From Clostridia bacterium (lineage in GTDB: Bacteria > Bacillota > Clostridia > UBA1381): a DNA stretch of 28,785 bases. The notes beneath the pieces are model-generated. The model was given only the letters and a program-made list of their open reading frames with translations, was not told the origin of the DNA and did not search any database. The translations under genes were made by a program, and so were the position numbers. The DNA is taken from NCBI GenBank assembly GCA_036311705.1, contig JAXJPK010000260.1, positions 1 through 28,785 on the forward strand, read 5' to 3'. Shown piece by piece: positions 8,748 to 16,674 of this stretch. How positions within the stretch are numbered: the first letter of the stretch is position 1; the number at the start of each line of letters is the position of its first letter.

Positions 8748-9192
8748 GCCAAAACCTTTCGTGACCAATCGTAAAACCACTTTGTATCTTTTTGCCATTA
8801 TGTGTAGGTGTCAAAGATAAATGTTTCAAGCAATTCTTCAAACACCTTTCACACAGCTTGTAATTCGATTCGGGTGGATATTTCCCGCACTTTTTACAAA
8901 GCAAAATCCCGTCAAGCAAAGTTCTCGGCTTTATGCCTTTTTGGTGGTCTTCGTCATTTTTATATTTTCGAAACTTTGCCTGACAATAATGACACATCTT
9001 ATAGCCTTCTCTCGGTGGGTACTTTCCGCACTCGGTGCATAAACCACTGCTTGCTCGCTCTTTACGCATTGCAGATTTCCTTTGCACAGCCTTGCGTACA
9101 ATTTCGGGATTTGCTTTCCGTTCAGGTGGAACATAATCATTGATGCAATCGGGATACGGACAAGAAAAACAATCTTGCTTACGGCATCTCAT
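8740..9192 (-). CDS. Zinc-finger repeat protein
   Basis: CFSCPYPDC plus two repeats of CxxCGKYPP..YK.CxxC. Confidence 0.8.
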   Translation of the reverse strand: MRCRKQDCFSCPYPDCINDYVPPERKANPEIVRKAVQRKSAMRKERASSGLCTECGKYPPREGYKMCHYCQAKFRKYKNDEDHQKGIKPRTLLDGILLCKKCGKYPPESNYKLCERCLKNCLKHLSLTPTHNGKKIQSGFTIGHERFWHD

Positions 9193-9635
9193 CCCTTACC
9201 GCCTTCCTTCTCCGTCATTTCTATTACAAGCTCGTCAATATCAGTTTCTTCAACCACAAAAGGATGTTCTCCGTGTGACCAATCGGATGATTGATATTTC
9301 CATTTCTTCAGCTTCTCCGCAAACTCCCTCACGGCTTCGGCTCGATGCTTATCAATGCACCACTCGCAACTCGTCCCACCATCAGCGATGCTTGCTAATA
9401 TGTCTGCTGATGCTTGCTTGTATACGTTTTCGTAGTCGGCTTCCAAACTCTCGATCTCCGCTTGTTGCCGTTTGATAAGGGCAAGTACATCAATCCGTAG
9501 TTTTTCAAAACATTTTGCACAACCTTCTTCTTCGTCCGTACAATAAGGGCAAGTTGTATCATCACCACAACACCCACTCGTAACATCAATACACTTTCCC
9601 CACGCCTTAACAATCTGCTCGTCTGTCATACTCAT
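9189..9635 (-). CDS. Hypothetical phage protein, Cys-rich N-terminus plus coiled coil
   Basis: MTDEQIVKA..C...CPY...C..LIKRQQAEIESL; RBS AAGGAGG. Confidence 0.75.
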   Translation of the reverse strand: MSMTDEQIVKAWGKCIDVTSGCCGDDTTCPYCTDEEEGCAKCFEKLRIDVLALIKRQQAEIESLEADYENVYKQASADILASIADGGTSCEWCIDKHRAEAVREFAEKLKKWKYQSSDWSHGEHPFVVEETDIDELVIEMTEKEGGKG

Positions 9636-9638
9636 TAT

Positions 9639-9812
9639 TTACTTACTACCTCCTTTTAAATGTTCCGGAGTCCCTTTGCCCACACATTTTATGCATCTTA
9701 ACTGCCACTTTTTTTCGAAAAATTTAGCGTATCGCCTTTCGGCATACCCACCACCTACAGGAACATAGTCGCCGCACACATAACAGTACCCTGCGTATTT
9801 ATTCCGAGCCAT
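9639..9812 (-). CDS. Small zinc-ribbon protein (57 aa, not in the ORF track)
   Basis: Manual translation MARNKYAGYCYVCGDYVPVGGGYAERRYAKFFEKKWQLRCIKCVGKGTPEHLKGGSK; RBS GGAGGTG. Confidence 0.75.
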   Translation of the reverse strand: MARNKYAGYCYVCGDYVPVGGGYAERRYAKFFEKKWQLRCIKCVGKGTPEHLKGGSK

Positions 9813-10035
9813 CACGTATCACCTCCACCTCGCATTCATCCGAAAAAAGCCAATTAAGAGAAACAAGGCTTTTCTCTGCTCTGCTAACAGGTCGCTTATC
9901 TTCGGGAATCTTAATCAGCATATATTCGGTAAAGTAATACACATTATCCGTCTTTTGATTCTTGAAGCGGAATCGCTGATACTTCTTGAGTCGAAGCCTG
10001 CGCCTTATCAGGAATACTATAAGTCTCTTAATCAT
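9799..10035 (-). CDS. Basic hypothetical protein
   Basis: GGAGG RBS 7 nt before ATG 10035 (alternative start 10059). Confidence 0.7.
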   Translation of the reverse strand: MIKRLIVFLIRRRLRLKKYQRFRFKNQKTDNVYYFTEYMLIKIPEDKRPVSRAEKSLVSLNWLFSDECEVEVIRDGSE

Positions 10036-10067
10036 TCCGCATCCTCCGTCATTTTTCATATTACCTC

Positions 10068-10292
10068 CTATTTATGACTCTGCTTCCTCTCCCGTTGCAC
10101 CGTAGCAGCAATCCTGTGCTTAACATACCGCTCTTTGACGTACTCTGTATAAATATAGTTTTTTCCCTTAATGCCTCTTATAAGGTCTTTCTTCGCTCTC
10201 AGAGCAGAGGTATAGGCTATGTATGCCTCACAGCTCTTGTGGCAATGCAGATGCCTATCCGGGCATCCGTAGCAAGGTCCTATGTCACTCAT
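10068..10292 (-). CDS. Cys/His-rich hypothetical protein (PC.GC.DR...CH..C..Y)
   Basis: ATGA overlap with the replication gene stop; conserved-looking Cys pattern. Confidence 0.75.
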   Translation of the reverse strand: MSDIGPCYGCPDRHLHCHKSCEAYIAYTSALRAKKDLIRGIKGKNYIYTEYVKERYVKHRIAATVQRERKQSHK

Positions 10293-10999
10293 ACCATTGA
10301 ATCCTCCCTTGCCCACTTAAGTATGGTGTTGTAGTGATTGGATACCCTTGCACCCTTCTCGATAATAAAGGTCGAGAGCTTGTCTATGTAGTGATTGAAT
10401 GCATCAAAGCCGAGCTTATCAAGAAGAGCTTCTCTCTGATCCTCGGTAAGAAGTATCACTCCTTTTCCGAGGCTACCACCCATAGCTTCAAGCCTTGAGT
10501 TTTCCACAGAGTTTTCCACATCTTCCTCGTTGTCGTTGCTGTCTTCGCCACTTACCTCTACTACACTAAACTCTACTTTACTATTCTTTACTTTACTACT
10601 CTTTACTACGGCAACCATTTGGCAACCATTTGGCAACCAATTGGCAACCACGCCTTCCGTCAATGTGTAAGCACCGTTGTCTTTGATTTCAAGCATAGAA
10701 AATTCATCCTGATATGATGTCGGTGTATACCTGTCCTTGCGCAGATTGTTGTGCATTCTCCAATGCTTGATAGCCACTATACCACTATCAAAGGATATAA
10801 GGAACTGTTTAAGTATAAGAAGCCTCAAATCGTCTTCAGAAGCTCCTACAGACCGACACAGCCTCTTCGGATTGTTTACAATACCATCGTCATCAGCTCC
10901 CATATTGAAGTGAAAATACAAAGCCTGAGCGGATAAGGGCATATCCGTAAAAGCATCACTTTCGACTATCTTGTCGGTAAACATCCTCTTGCCTGCCAC
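10289..10999 (-). CDS. Phage replisome organizer / replication initiator
   Basis: N-terminal MA.KRMF..KIV.SD.F.DMP.S.Q.LYFH..M.ADDDG; internal iterons; C-terminal NHY.TILKW. Confidence 0.88.
   Translation of the reverse strand: MAGKRMFTDKIVESDAFTDMPLSAQALYFHFNMGADDDGIVNNPKRLCRSVGASEDDLRLLILKQFLISFDSGIVAIKHWRMHNNLRKDRYTPTSYQDEFSMLEIKDNGAYTLTEGVVANWLPNGCQMVAVVKSSKVKNSKVEFSVVEVSGEDSNDNEEDVENSVENSRLEAMGGSLGKGVILLTEDQREALLDKLGFDAFNHYIDKLSTFIIEKGARVSNHYNTILKWAREDSMV
10497..10650. repeat. Phage replication origin: four 11-bp iterons, A/T-skewed repeats and two DnaA boxes
   Basis: GGCAACCA at 10610, 10621, 10632 and 10643; CTTTACT repeats at ~10576-10608; GAGTTTTCCACA x2 at 10497-10520. Confidence 0.8.
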
Positions 11000-11001
11000 A
11001 T

Positions 11002-11373
11002 CTACACCTCCCTTATCCTGATGCCGTGTGTATAGAGCATCAGCTTCCGCTTAATGATATAGTCCTTAGTCTTCATGCCCTTTGTATCCTCTATAACGGT
11101 CTTTCCGTCCTCTTCATAGATAAAGTCCGCTACATAAGCGCACTCACGTTCTATGAGCTTCTTGCCCGGTGTAAGCTCCTGCCCGTTCTTGCCGTACCGC
11201 TCAAAAGACTCATACTGCGCAGGAATAAGAACGTACTTAACCTGCCTCTGAAGACTCTTGATGGCACCTGCCCTCTGAAGGAGAAGAAGCTCTTGGTATC
11301 TCCTTGCTTCCTTCCGTGAATCAAAGATGATGCCGTTCACGGTACACTTTTTGTTGTAATATTTATTCTGCAT
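11002..11373 (-). CDS. DUF1064 family PD-(D/E)XK nuclease (putative Holliday junction resolvase)
   Basis: NKY.NKK, FDSRKEARRY, YVADF.Y, IEDTKG. Confidence 0.88.
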   Translation of the reverse strand: MQNKYYNKKCTVNGIIFDSRKEARRYQELLLLQRAGAIKSLQRQVKYVLIPAQYESFERYGKNGQELTPGKKLIERECAYVADFIYEEDGKTVIEDTKGMKTKDYIIKRKLMLYTHGIRIREV

Positions 11374-11584
11374 ACTTCTCCTCCAACACCTTGTATACTT
11401 CGCATTTTTTGTAATTAGTCTGACTATCACAGAAGATTCTGCGATGCTGATTTCTCGCCTCTTCTGAGTCAAACTGCAGAGCCATAGAACAATGCTCTGT
11501 TATGCCCTCGCACGTTATGCTTTTTTTATTAGACTGTAAATAAAAAGGACATACAGCACAGATGCCATCATATACCCTCGGCAT
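11363..11584 (-). CDS. Small Cys-rich protein (CPFY...ITCEG...FC...Y..C)
   Basis: RBS GGAGGTG; four spaced Cys suggest Zn binding. Confidence 0.75.
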   Translation of the reverse strand: MPRVYDGICAVCPFYLQSNKKSITCEGITEHCSMALQFDSEEARNQHRRIFCDSQTNYKKCEVYKVLEEKYAE

Positions 11585-11616
11585 CGCATCACCTCCCATA
11601 ATGCCTTTAAACCTTA

Positions 11617-12036
11617 TTAAAACGGCAAATCATCCCCGGTACTGACTTCAACGAAATCCCCTTCAACCTCCTGCACCTGCGGAGCAACGGGAACAGCAGA
11701 GCCACCACCTGAAGGCTTCTTATACCCTGCAAAGGAAACCTCATCGGCAACAACCTCGACTACACTTCTGCTGTTGCCTTCCTTGTCCTTATAAGCCCTC
11801 TGCTGAAGCTGTCCGCACACAAGGATGCTATCACCCTTGCCGAAATGCCTGCCGATAAATTCAGCCGTGTTGCGCCAAGCTACGATGGTAAAATAATCCG
11901 CTTCAGGCTGTCCTTCTGTCTTGAATCTTCTCCCAACGGCAATACGGAAGGAAACCACAGCTACCCCTGTAGGAGTAGCCTTAAGCTGTGGATCTTCCGT
12001 GAGATTGCCAACGAGAATTACTTTGTTGAATGCCAT
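11617..12036 (-). CDS. ssb: Single-stranded DNA-binding protein
   Basis: NKVILVGNLT.DP, OB-fold pattern, C-terminal DDLPF. Confidence 0.97.
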   Translation of the reverse strand: MAFNKVILVGNLTEDPQLKATPTGVAVVSFRIAVGRRFKTEGQPEADYFTIVAWRNTAEFIGRHFGKGDSILVCGQLQQRAYKDKEGNSRSVVEVVADEVSFAGYKKPSGGGSAVPVAPQVQEVEGDFVEVSTGDDLPF

Positions 12037-12182
12037 ATTTTAGCCTCCTTGCTTGTAGATATACTCGTCATCTTAACGTCACCCATCTTCTCGCAGTAAA
12101 GGGCGAGATGCTCCTTTACCGCTTCAATAGGCAGACTCGTCTTAATCTCAACCGAGATATATAATGTCTTAACCTCGCTCAT
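12018..12182 (-). CDS. Hypothetical protein
   Basis: Short ORF MSEVKTLYISVE... filling the gap between the HTH gene and ssb. Confidence 0.55.
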   Translation of the reverse strand: MSEVKTLYISVEIKTSLPIEAVKEHLALYCEKMGDVKMTSISTSKEAKIWHSTK

Positions 12183-12183
12183 C

Positions 12184-12411
12184 TCAAGTCTCCTTGATAA
12201 GCTCATATACGGAATAGTGTACCTTCTGTCCGAATCTGTTGGTGTGGGATACCGTCTTGCTGCTGATTCTGTGTCCCCTGCGTTTCAGATCAGTAATTCT
12301 TGAGGCAAGTCTCAAAATGCCGTATTCCATAATCGCTTCAAGGGAAGTTATGCTTCCGCACTCCTCAAGATGTCTGAGAACGCATTCGCATTGTGTCATA
12401 GGCTTTCCCAT
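12184..12411 (-). CDS. Winged helix-turn-helix protein
   Basis: Q...VL.HL...GSITSLEA...YGILRLASRI.DLK..G. Confidence 0.85.
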   Translation of the reverse strand: MGKPMTQCECVLRHLEECGSITSLEAIMEYGILRLASRITDLKRRGHRISSKTVSHTNRFGQKVHYSVYELIKET

Positions 12412-12413
12412 AC

Positions 12414-13289
12414 TTATACCTCCGTAACCTCACCTGTTTCAGCATCAACCTCGTCAAAATCAGCCTCTACGAAAGAGGAGGCATCCCCATACTCAAGCTT
12501 GTTCTCCTCTGCCATCTGTTCGGCAAGAGACATACCGTCTTCACGGCTCTGATAGTCGATGCTCATAACACCCCACTTGCCGATGAGCTTGCGGTATACT
12601 GTCTTTCTTGCCATCGCATCAAAGTCATCTCTCCAACCCTTGCCCATGTATTCGCCCTTGCGATTCTTCTTTTCGTGGTTTTCAATCTGCTTAACGGTCA
12701 TATAGATGGTCTTTTCAGCTCCGTTGACGAGTCGGTAATATCCTACATAACCTATTACCTTGAGCTTTTCTCTCTCGTCCTCGTCTTCAACGAATCTGAT
12801 GTCAATGTCTTCTGTGAGCTTGTTGTAGCTAAGAAGCTCGCCCTCTCGGATATCAACAACATTGATAGTCTTGTAAGAGCCTGTTCTCAGAGCCAACTGA
12901 TGCATACCCTTCCATCCGAGGATAAAGGATGCTTCCATCACCTTTGACCACGTTCCGTCACTATTCGGCTTTTTGTTCTTGAAAGGAACAATATATGCAT
13001 ATCCGAGATTCTGATCTATGGGAAGGTCAAATGTTGCCGCCTTGAGAGCAGATTGAATAACTGTCATCGGAGCTTCATAAAAAGCCTGCTGAAGATTTGT
13101 ATCCGCATTTACAAGGGATACAAGAGAGGATATAAACTGCGGTGCCCTCTTGCCGAGCAAGTCGTTGAATCTTCCTCTCATTGCTTCTCCGTCAAGCATT
13201 GCGTTCATAAGCTGATTAACTGTCTGCTTACCCTGTGCGTTTACCGCCTTGTTTTCTGTCTTTGCAACAGCATTCTGAATCTTTGTCAT
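12414..13289 (-). CDS. recT: RecT-family single-strand annealing protein
   Basis: AAT.DLPI..NLGYAYIVPF, F.LGWKG..QLA.RTG.Y, W..DFDAMA.KTV; adjacent to YqaJ. Confidence 0.93.
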   Translation of the reverse strand: MTKIQNAVAKTENKAVNAQGKQTVNQLMNAMLDGEAMRGRFNDLLGKRAPQFISSLVSLVNADTNLQQAFYEAPMTVIQSALKAATFDLPIDQNLGYAYIVPFKNKKPNSDGTWSKVMEASFILGWKGMHQLALRTGSYKTINVVDIREGELLSYNKLTEDIDIRFVEDEDEREKLKVIGYVGYYRLVNGAEKTIYMTVKQIENHEKKNRKGEYMGKGWRDDFDAMARKTVYRKLIGKWGVMSIDYQSREDGMSLAEQMAEENKLEYGDASSFVEADFDEVDAETGEVTEV

Positions 13290-13309
13290 TGTCTTTATCT
13301 CCTTTATAA

Positions 13310-14284
13310 TTATTTGATTTCGTTAACCTTGAAAGGTCTTACTACAGATGATAGATAATATGGTGAAAGGTTAAGACTCGCATGTTCCTTGGCGAAAGCC
13401 TTGATGTCAAATGTGTTCTTGGTGTAGGAGGAATACGTTACCTTAAAGTTTCTTGTTTCTCCCTTACTTGCTTCACCCATATATACCTTGATTCTGTTCG
13501 CCACCTCGTCCCTCTGCTTCTTCACGTCATCAAGCAGGGAAGAGAGAGTCATATACTGTTTAAGATCCTGCTCACAGCCCATAAGACTCACGGCACTTCC
13601 GTCAGATTCTGCGTATATAGTGGAAATTGCTTCCGTGGTAGCCTTTGAGCCATCGGGGATAGGTGGAGTATCCGTAAGCACATAATCGTTCCAAAACGCC
13701 TCTGTAGCTTTAGCAAGAGCCTCTATTTCGGCATCGTCTACATAAACCGAAGCCTCGCACCATTCGGGCTTGGTGTCATTCGGTATTCGTGTCATCTGAT
13801 ATATCTTGATGCCCTTTCCGTAAATAAGGACCGCAAGAAACCATCGTTCATATTCCGAAACGCATAAGTACGCAACGCATTGAGAATAGAATCTGTCGGG
13901 GAATTCTCCATCTTTGTATTTTTTGGCATTCAGTTCAGATGTCAGTTTGCACTCGACACCTGCCTTCATTCCGACAACCCTTCTGTCAAAGTTTGCATGG
14001 AGATGCGGATATTTACTGTTTCTCCAAGTAGCTGTATCGTTAACAACCTTAAGTCCTGATACCTCGGTAAATCTCTTGGCAACATAATCCTCAAGGTCAT
14101 TGCCGAGCCTCGTCCACTCGTTCCCTTCAAAGGGAGGAAGCTTGCCGGTCTTATCTGCCCACACCTTGTAGGGAGAAGAGTATTCATTCATACCAAGCAC
14201 AGCACCTATGTCACTACCGCCAAGGCTCTTCTTGCGTTCTTCAAGCCACTCCTCGTGTGACTTCGTTTTAATCTTCGTAATCAA
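13310..14284 (-). CDS. YqaJ-type viral recombinase exonuclease
   Basis: EWL..R...LGGSD, SPY.VW..K, G..LE, ANFDR, VECK, Y.QC..Y. Confidence 0.93.
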   Translation of the reverse strand: MITKIKTKSHEEWLEERKKSLGGSDIGAVLGMNEYSSPYKVWADKTGKLPPFEGNEWTRLGNDLEDYVAKRFTEVSGLKVVNDTATWRNSKYPHLHANFDRRVVGMKAGVECKLTSELNAKKYKDGEFPDRFYSQCVAYLCVSEYERWFLAVLIYGKGIKIYQMTRIPNDTKPEWCEASVYVDDAEIEALAKATEAFWNDYVLTDTPPIPDGSKATTEAISTIYAESDGSAVSLMGCEQDLKQYMTLSSLLDDVKKQRDEVANRIKVYMGEASKGETRNFKVTYSSYTKNTFDIKAFAKEHASLNLSPYYLSSVVRPFKVNEIK

Positions 14285-14295
14285 TCAAATCACTC

Positions 14296-14532
14296 CTATT
14301 TCCAAATGCATTTGCTCTTCAGACAATCCTTGCAAATGCCCGTCTCTTCCTCTTCGTTGAGGACATAGTCTTCATCGTCTTCGTAAATCTCTGCATCGCA
14401 GTACACACAAGTCCCGATAAATATATGTCTGTTATCGTCATCCTGTCGGTTACAGTATTCGTCATATTCAGCCTCGATTCTCGTTCTGTCCGCTCTGCGA
14501 TCCTCAAGGATCATTTCATCGATCTCGTTCAT
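14296..14532 (-). CDS. Acidic zinc-ribbon protein
   Basis: CVYC...CKDC; RBS GGAGG. Confidence 0.75.
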   Translation of the reverse strand: MNEIDEMILEDRRADRTRIEAEYDEYCNRQDDDNRHIFIGTCVYCDAEIYEDDEDYVLNEEEETGICKDCLKSKCIWK

Positions 14533-14544
14533 TTCTCCACCTCC

Positions 14545-14694
14545 TCAAAGACTCCAAAAGATTTCGCTGAGCTTACGTCTGTCACCGATATAATACTTAA
14601 CGTACAGCGCATATATAAAGCTGAAAAACAATGCGGCACTACCGCCTATACCCATAATCGCCATTACAGCAAGGATAAAATATGCCATCTTCAT
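14545..14694 (-). CDS. Small membrane protein (49 aa, not in the ORF track)
   Basis: Manual translation MKMAYFILAVMAIMGIGGSAALFFSFIYALYVKYYIGDRRKLSEIFWSL; ATGA overlap with the upstream stop. Confidence 0.65.
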   Translation of the reverse strand: MKMAYFILAVMAIMGIGGSAALFFSFIYALYVKYYIGDRRKLSEIFWSL

Positions 14695-15098
14695 CTTCTC
14701 CTTTTCTTCTTGTCGTAATATGTAATGCCCTTTTCAAAGAGCCGTTCCTTCTTGTCGCATATGGCAGATTCTTCGTCATCAAACTCAAGTCCGATTTCTT
14801 CAAGTCTTCTTTTTGCTTTTGTCCAAGCAATACCATCATCCAAATCAGCCTTGAAAGCTTTGTCGGCATCGTTATAAGCCTGTAATAATCTGTTAAGTCT
14901 TACTTTGCCAAAACCGAATTCGTCATGCAAGACACAAAGCAAATGAACTAAATGAAATTTAACGTTATAAGCACTTGTTTCAATAAAATCTCTGTTGAGT
15001 CTCTCGAGACATTTCTCACAAGTCTTCTGATGTGTCTTGTCTACAAGAGCATTTAATTCCCTCTGCGCTCTCTTGTGGTCTAAATAATTAGCCTTCAT
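14691..15098 (-). CDS. Hypothetical phage protein (LHDEFGFG..RL family)
   Basis: Motif VLHDEFGFGKVRLNRL; RBS before ATG 15098. Confidence 0.75.
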   Translation of the reverse strand: MKANYLDHKRAQRELNALVDKTHQKTCEKCLERLNRDFIETSAYNVKFHLVHLLCVLHDEFGFGKVRLNRLLQAYNDADKAFKADLDDGIAWTKAKRRLEEIGLEFDDEESAICDKKERLFEKGITYYDKKKRRR

Positions 15099-15249
15099 CC
15101 TCTTTAATCTCCTTCTTAAATTTTCCCCGGCAATGCGGACAGATATAACCATCCCGATGCACCCTCTGCCCCTTGGCAATGTTCCATTCCTCACCGCATC
15201 CGATGCACACCGCATACCGCCTGCCGTTTCTGTAGTAAACCTTCTTCAT
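15088..15249 (-). CDS. Small zinc-ribbon protein (53 aa, not in the ORF track)
   Basis: Manual translation MKKVYYRNGRRYAVCIGCGEEWNIAKGQRVHRDGYICPHCRGKFKKEIKEDEG; ATGA overlap. Confidence 0.75.
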   Translation of the reverse strand: MKKVYYRNGRRYAVCIGCGEEWNIAKGQRVHRDGYICPHCRGKFKKEIKEDEG

Positions 15250-15437
15250 AAGCTCATCTGCCTCGCAAGCTCACTCTTGCTGATGTATCCGTTCTTAAAC
15301 GAGAAGAGCTTGTTGATAACATAGTAGCTCTTACCCGTGATGCGAATCACATCACCCTTCTTGAGCATCTCCTTGTCGGGACATATCTCGGATATTCTCT
15401 CAAGGTTATCCCGATAGCCTTCTTTTTCTCTCGGCAT
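15246..15437 (-). CDS. Small basic HTH-like protein, candidate excisionase/RDF
   Basis: MPREKEGYRDNLE...ML...DV...TG......K.F....GYISK..LAR; early-operon position. Confidence 0.6.
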   Translation of the reverse strand: MPREKEGYRDNLERISEICPDKEMLKKGDVIRITGKSYYVINKLFSFKNGYISKSELARQMSL

Positions 15438-15439
15438 TT

Positions 15440-15661
15440 TCATTCCTCCTCGCATCCGTCAAGGTCAAGAAGTGACTCCATAGTAACACCCTGCTCCGCA
15501 AGAGCCTTGCCCTTCTTTTCGTAGCTGCGAAGAGCATACATATACTGTCTTCTGCGGTATCTGATTGCCTCTTCCTTCTTTGCAAGCTTTACATAGGGAG
15601 ACTCAAGGAGTCTCTCAATCTCTGCCTCAACCTGCATGTCTGTAATGTAGTCCTTTGCCAT
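15440..15661 (-). CDS. Hypothetical protein
   Basis: RBS AAAGGAGG; helical 73-aa ORF. Confidence 0.75.
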   Translation of the reverse strand: MAKDYITDMQVEAEIERLLESPYVKLAKKEEAIRYRRRQYMYALRSYEKKGKALAEQGVTMESLLDLDGCEEE

Positions 15662-15682
15662 TTGCGTTTCCTCCTTTTTGAG

Positions 15683-15701
15683 AGTCGCATACCGTGCGAC
15701 T
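15683..15701. promoter_or_regulatory. Repressor operator (downstream of cro)
   Basis: Palindrome AGTCGCA-TACCG-TGCGACT; 18 bp identical to 15930-15947. Confidence 0.8.
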
Positions 15702-15702
15702 A

Positions 15703-15903
15703 TCAACGTAAAAAAATAAGAATAGCTTCTTCGTTGGAAATGTCGAGAGCTTTCATTATTCGTATTGCTTCTCCGCAGGTGATATTCTCGCCTTTGTTCA
15801 GCTTACGATATAGCGAAGAACGGTCTATTCCTATCATCTCCGCAAGGCTACCGACATTAAGTCCGTGTTCGACAATCTTGCCCTTTAGCTTTTGTATGTT
15901 CAT
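15703..15903 (-). CDS. cro: Cro-like XRE HTH regulator
   Basis: KLKGKIVE.GL....LA..IGI.RS.LYRKL; first gene of the leftward operon, divergent from cI. Confidence 0.88.
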   Translation of the reverse strand: MNIQKLKGKIVEHGLNVGSLAEMIGIDRSSLYRKLNKGENITCGEAIRIMKALDISNEEAILIFLR

Positions 15904-15929
15904 CCTTGATGCCCCTTTCTTTTTTTGAT

Positions 15930-16061
15930 GTCGCATACCGTGCGACTGTTTTTATTATACTCATAATTTCCGAAAAGTCAATACTAATTTCGCGTATTGT
16001 GCGACAATTTACACTTTGTTAATATCTTGTTATTGCAAAAATGCGACAAGTATATTATAAT
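15930..16061. promoter_or_regulatory. Divergent cro/cI promoters with operators
   Basis: Leftward TTGACT(15981-76)-N16-TATAAT(15959-54); rightward TTGCAA(16033-38)-N17-TATAAT(16056-61). Operators: GTCGCA-N5-TGCGAC at 15930-46, TTCGCG-N5-TGCGAC at 15989-16005, half site at 16042-47. Confidence 0.8.
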
Positions 16062-16087
16062 AGGAAACAACAAAAGGAGGTGACAAC

Positions 16088-16435
16088 ATGACAATAGGAG
16101 AGCGAATTAAGCAAAGACGAAAACATCTCGGAATGTCTGCCGAAAAGCTTGGAAATTTACTCGGTAAAAATAGAGCAACAATTTTTCGATACGAAAACGG
16201 AGAAATCGAAAACTTGCCCATTGATATCCTTGAGCCTATCGCAATAGCATTACAAACCACCCCTGCATACCTTATGGGATGGGAAGAAATAGAGCAGCAT
16301 AACGACATCCTCGCAGACATTATCATCCGTTTGCGAACTGACGAGGAATTCTCATCAATAGTCACCCAGTTACACAATTTGGATTCCGAAAAGCTGTGCG
16401 GCATCAAGGTAATGTTAGACACTTTTTTGAAGTAA
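16088..16435 (+). CDS. cI: CI-like XRE repressor lacking a self-cleaving S24 domain
   Basis: IGERIKQRRK.LGMS.E.L...G..R.TI.RYE.G...L..IA.AL.TTPAYLMGW; only 115 aa. Confidence 0.92.
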   Translation: MTIGERIKQRRKHLGMSAEKLGNLLGKNRATIFRYENGEIENLPIDILEPIAIALQTTPAYLMGWEEIEQHNDILADIIIRLRTDEEFSSIVTQLHNLDSEKLCGIKVMLDTFLK

Positions 16436-16516
16436 CTTGAGGATAAGGTCAAGTAACGCAATATCATCGCAGCTTGTAAGTAATTCAATAATTTTTTCAA
16501 TAATAATTTTCTTCAT
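16415..16516 (-). CDS. Small amphipathic helical protein (33 aa), candidate antirepressor
   Basis: Manual translation MKKIIIEKIIELLTSCDDIALLDLILKLLQKSV; RBS AAGGAG; promoter TTGAAT(16575-70)-N17-TATAAT(16552-47). Confidence 0.7.
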   Translation of the reverse strand: MKKIIIEKIIELLTSCDDIALLDLILKLLQKSV

Positions 16517-16578
16517 TTTGTAATCTCCTTATCTTTAAGTGATTAAATTATAACTTTGTTTTTTCAAAAATTCAATAA

Positions 16579-16655
16579 GCAAATTCCGTATTTCGCACCG
16601 CAAATTCACGGCAGAAAAATAATAAATTTGCGGAGCATAATAATAAATTTGCGGA
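16579..16655. repeat. Four-site regulatory repeat array
   Basis: GCAAATTC at 16579 and 16600; AATAATAAATTTGCGGA at 16618 and 16639 (21-bp period, two sites in each orientation). Confidence 0.7.
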
Positions 16656-16674
16656 TTAGAAAGGATTACACCAT

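Noticed and set aside
10561..10650. CRISPR array or similar repeat-spacer structure
   Set aside because: Repeats are 8-11 bp without spacers and lie inside the initiator gene; they are iterons. No cas genes are present.
16030..16500. 156-aa minus-strand ORF antisense to cI
   Set aside because: Shadow of cI with no RBS; the credible minus-strand ORF is 16415-16516 in another frame
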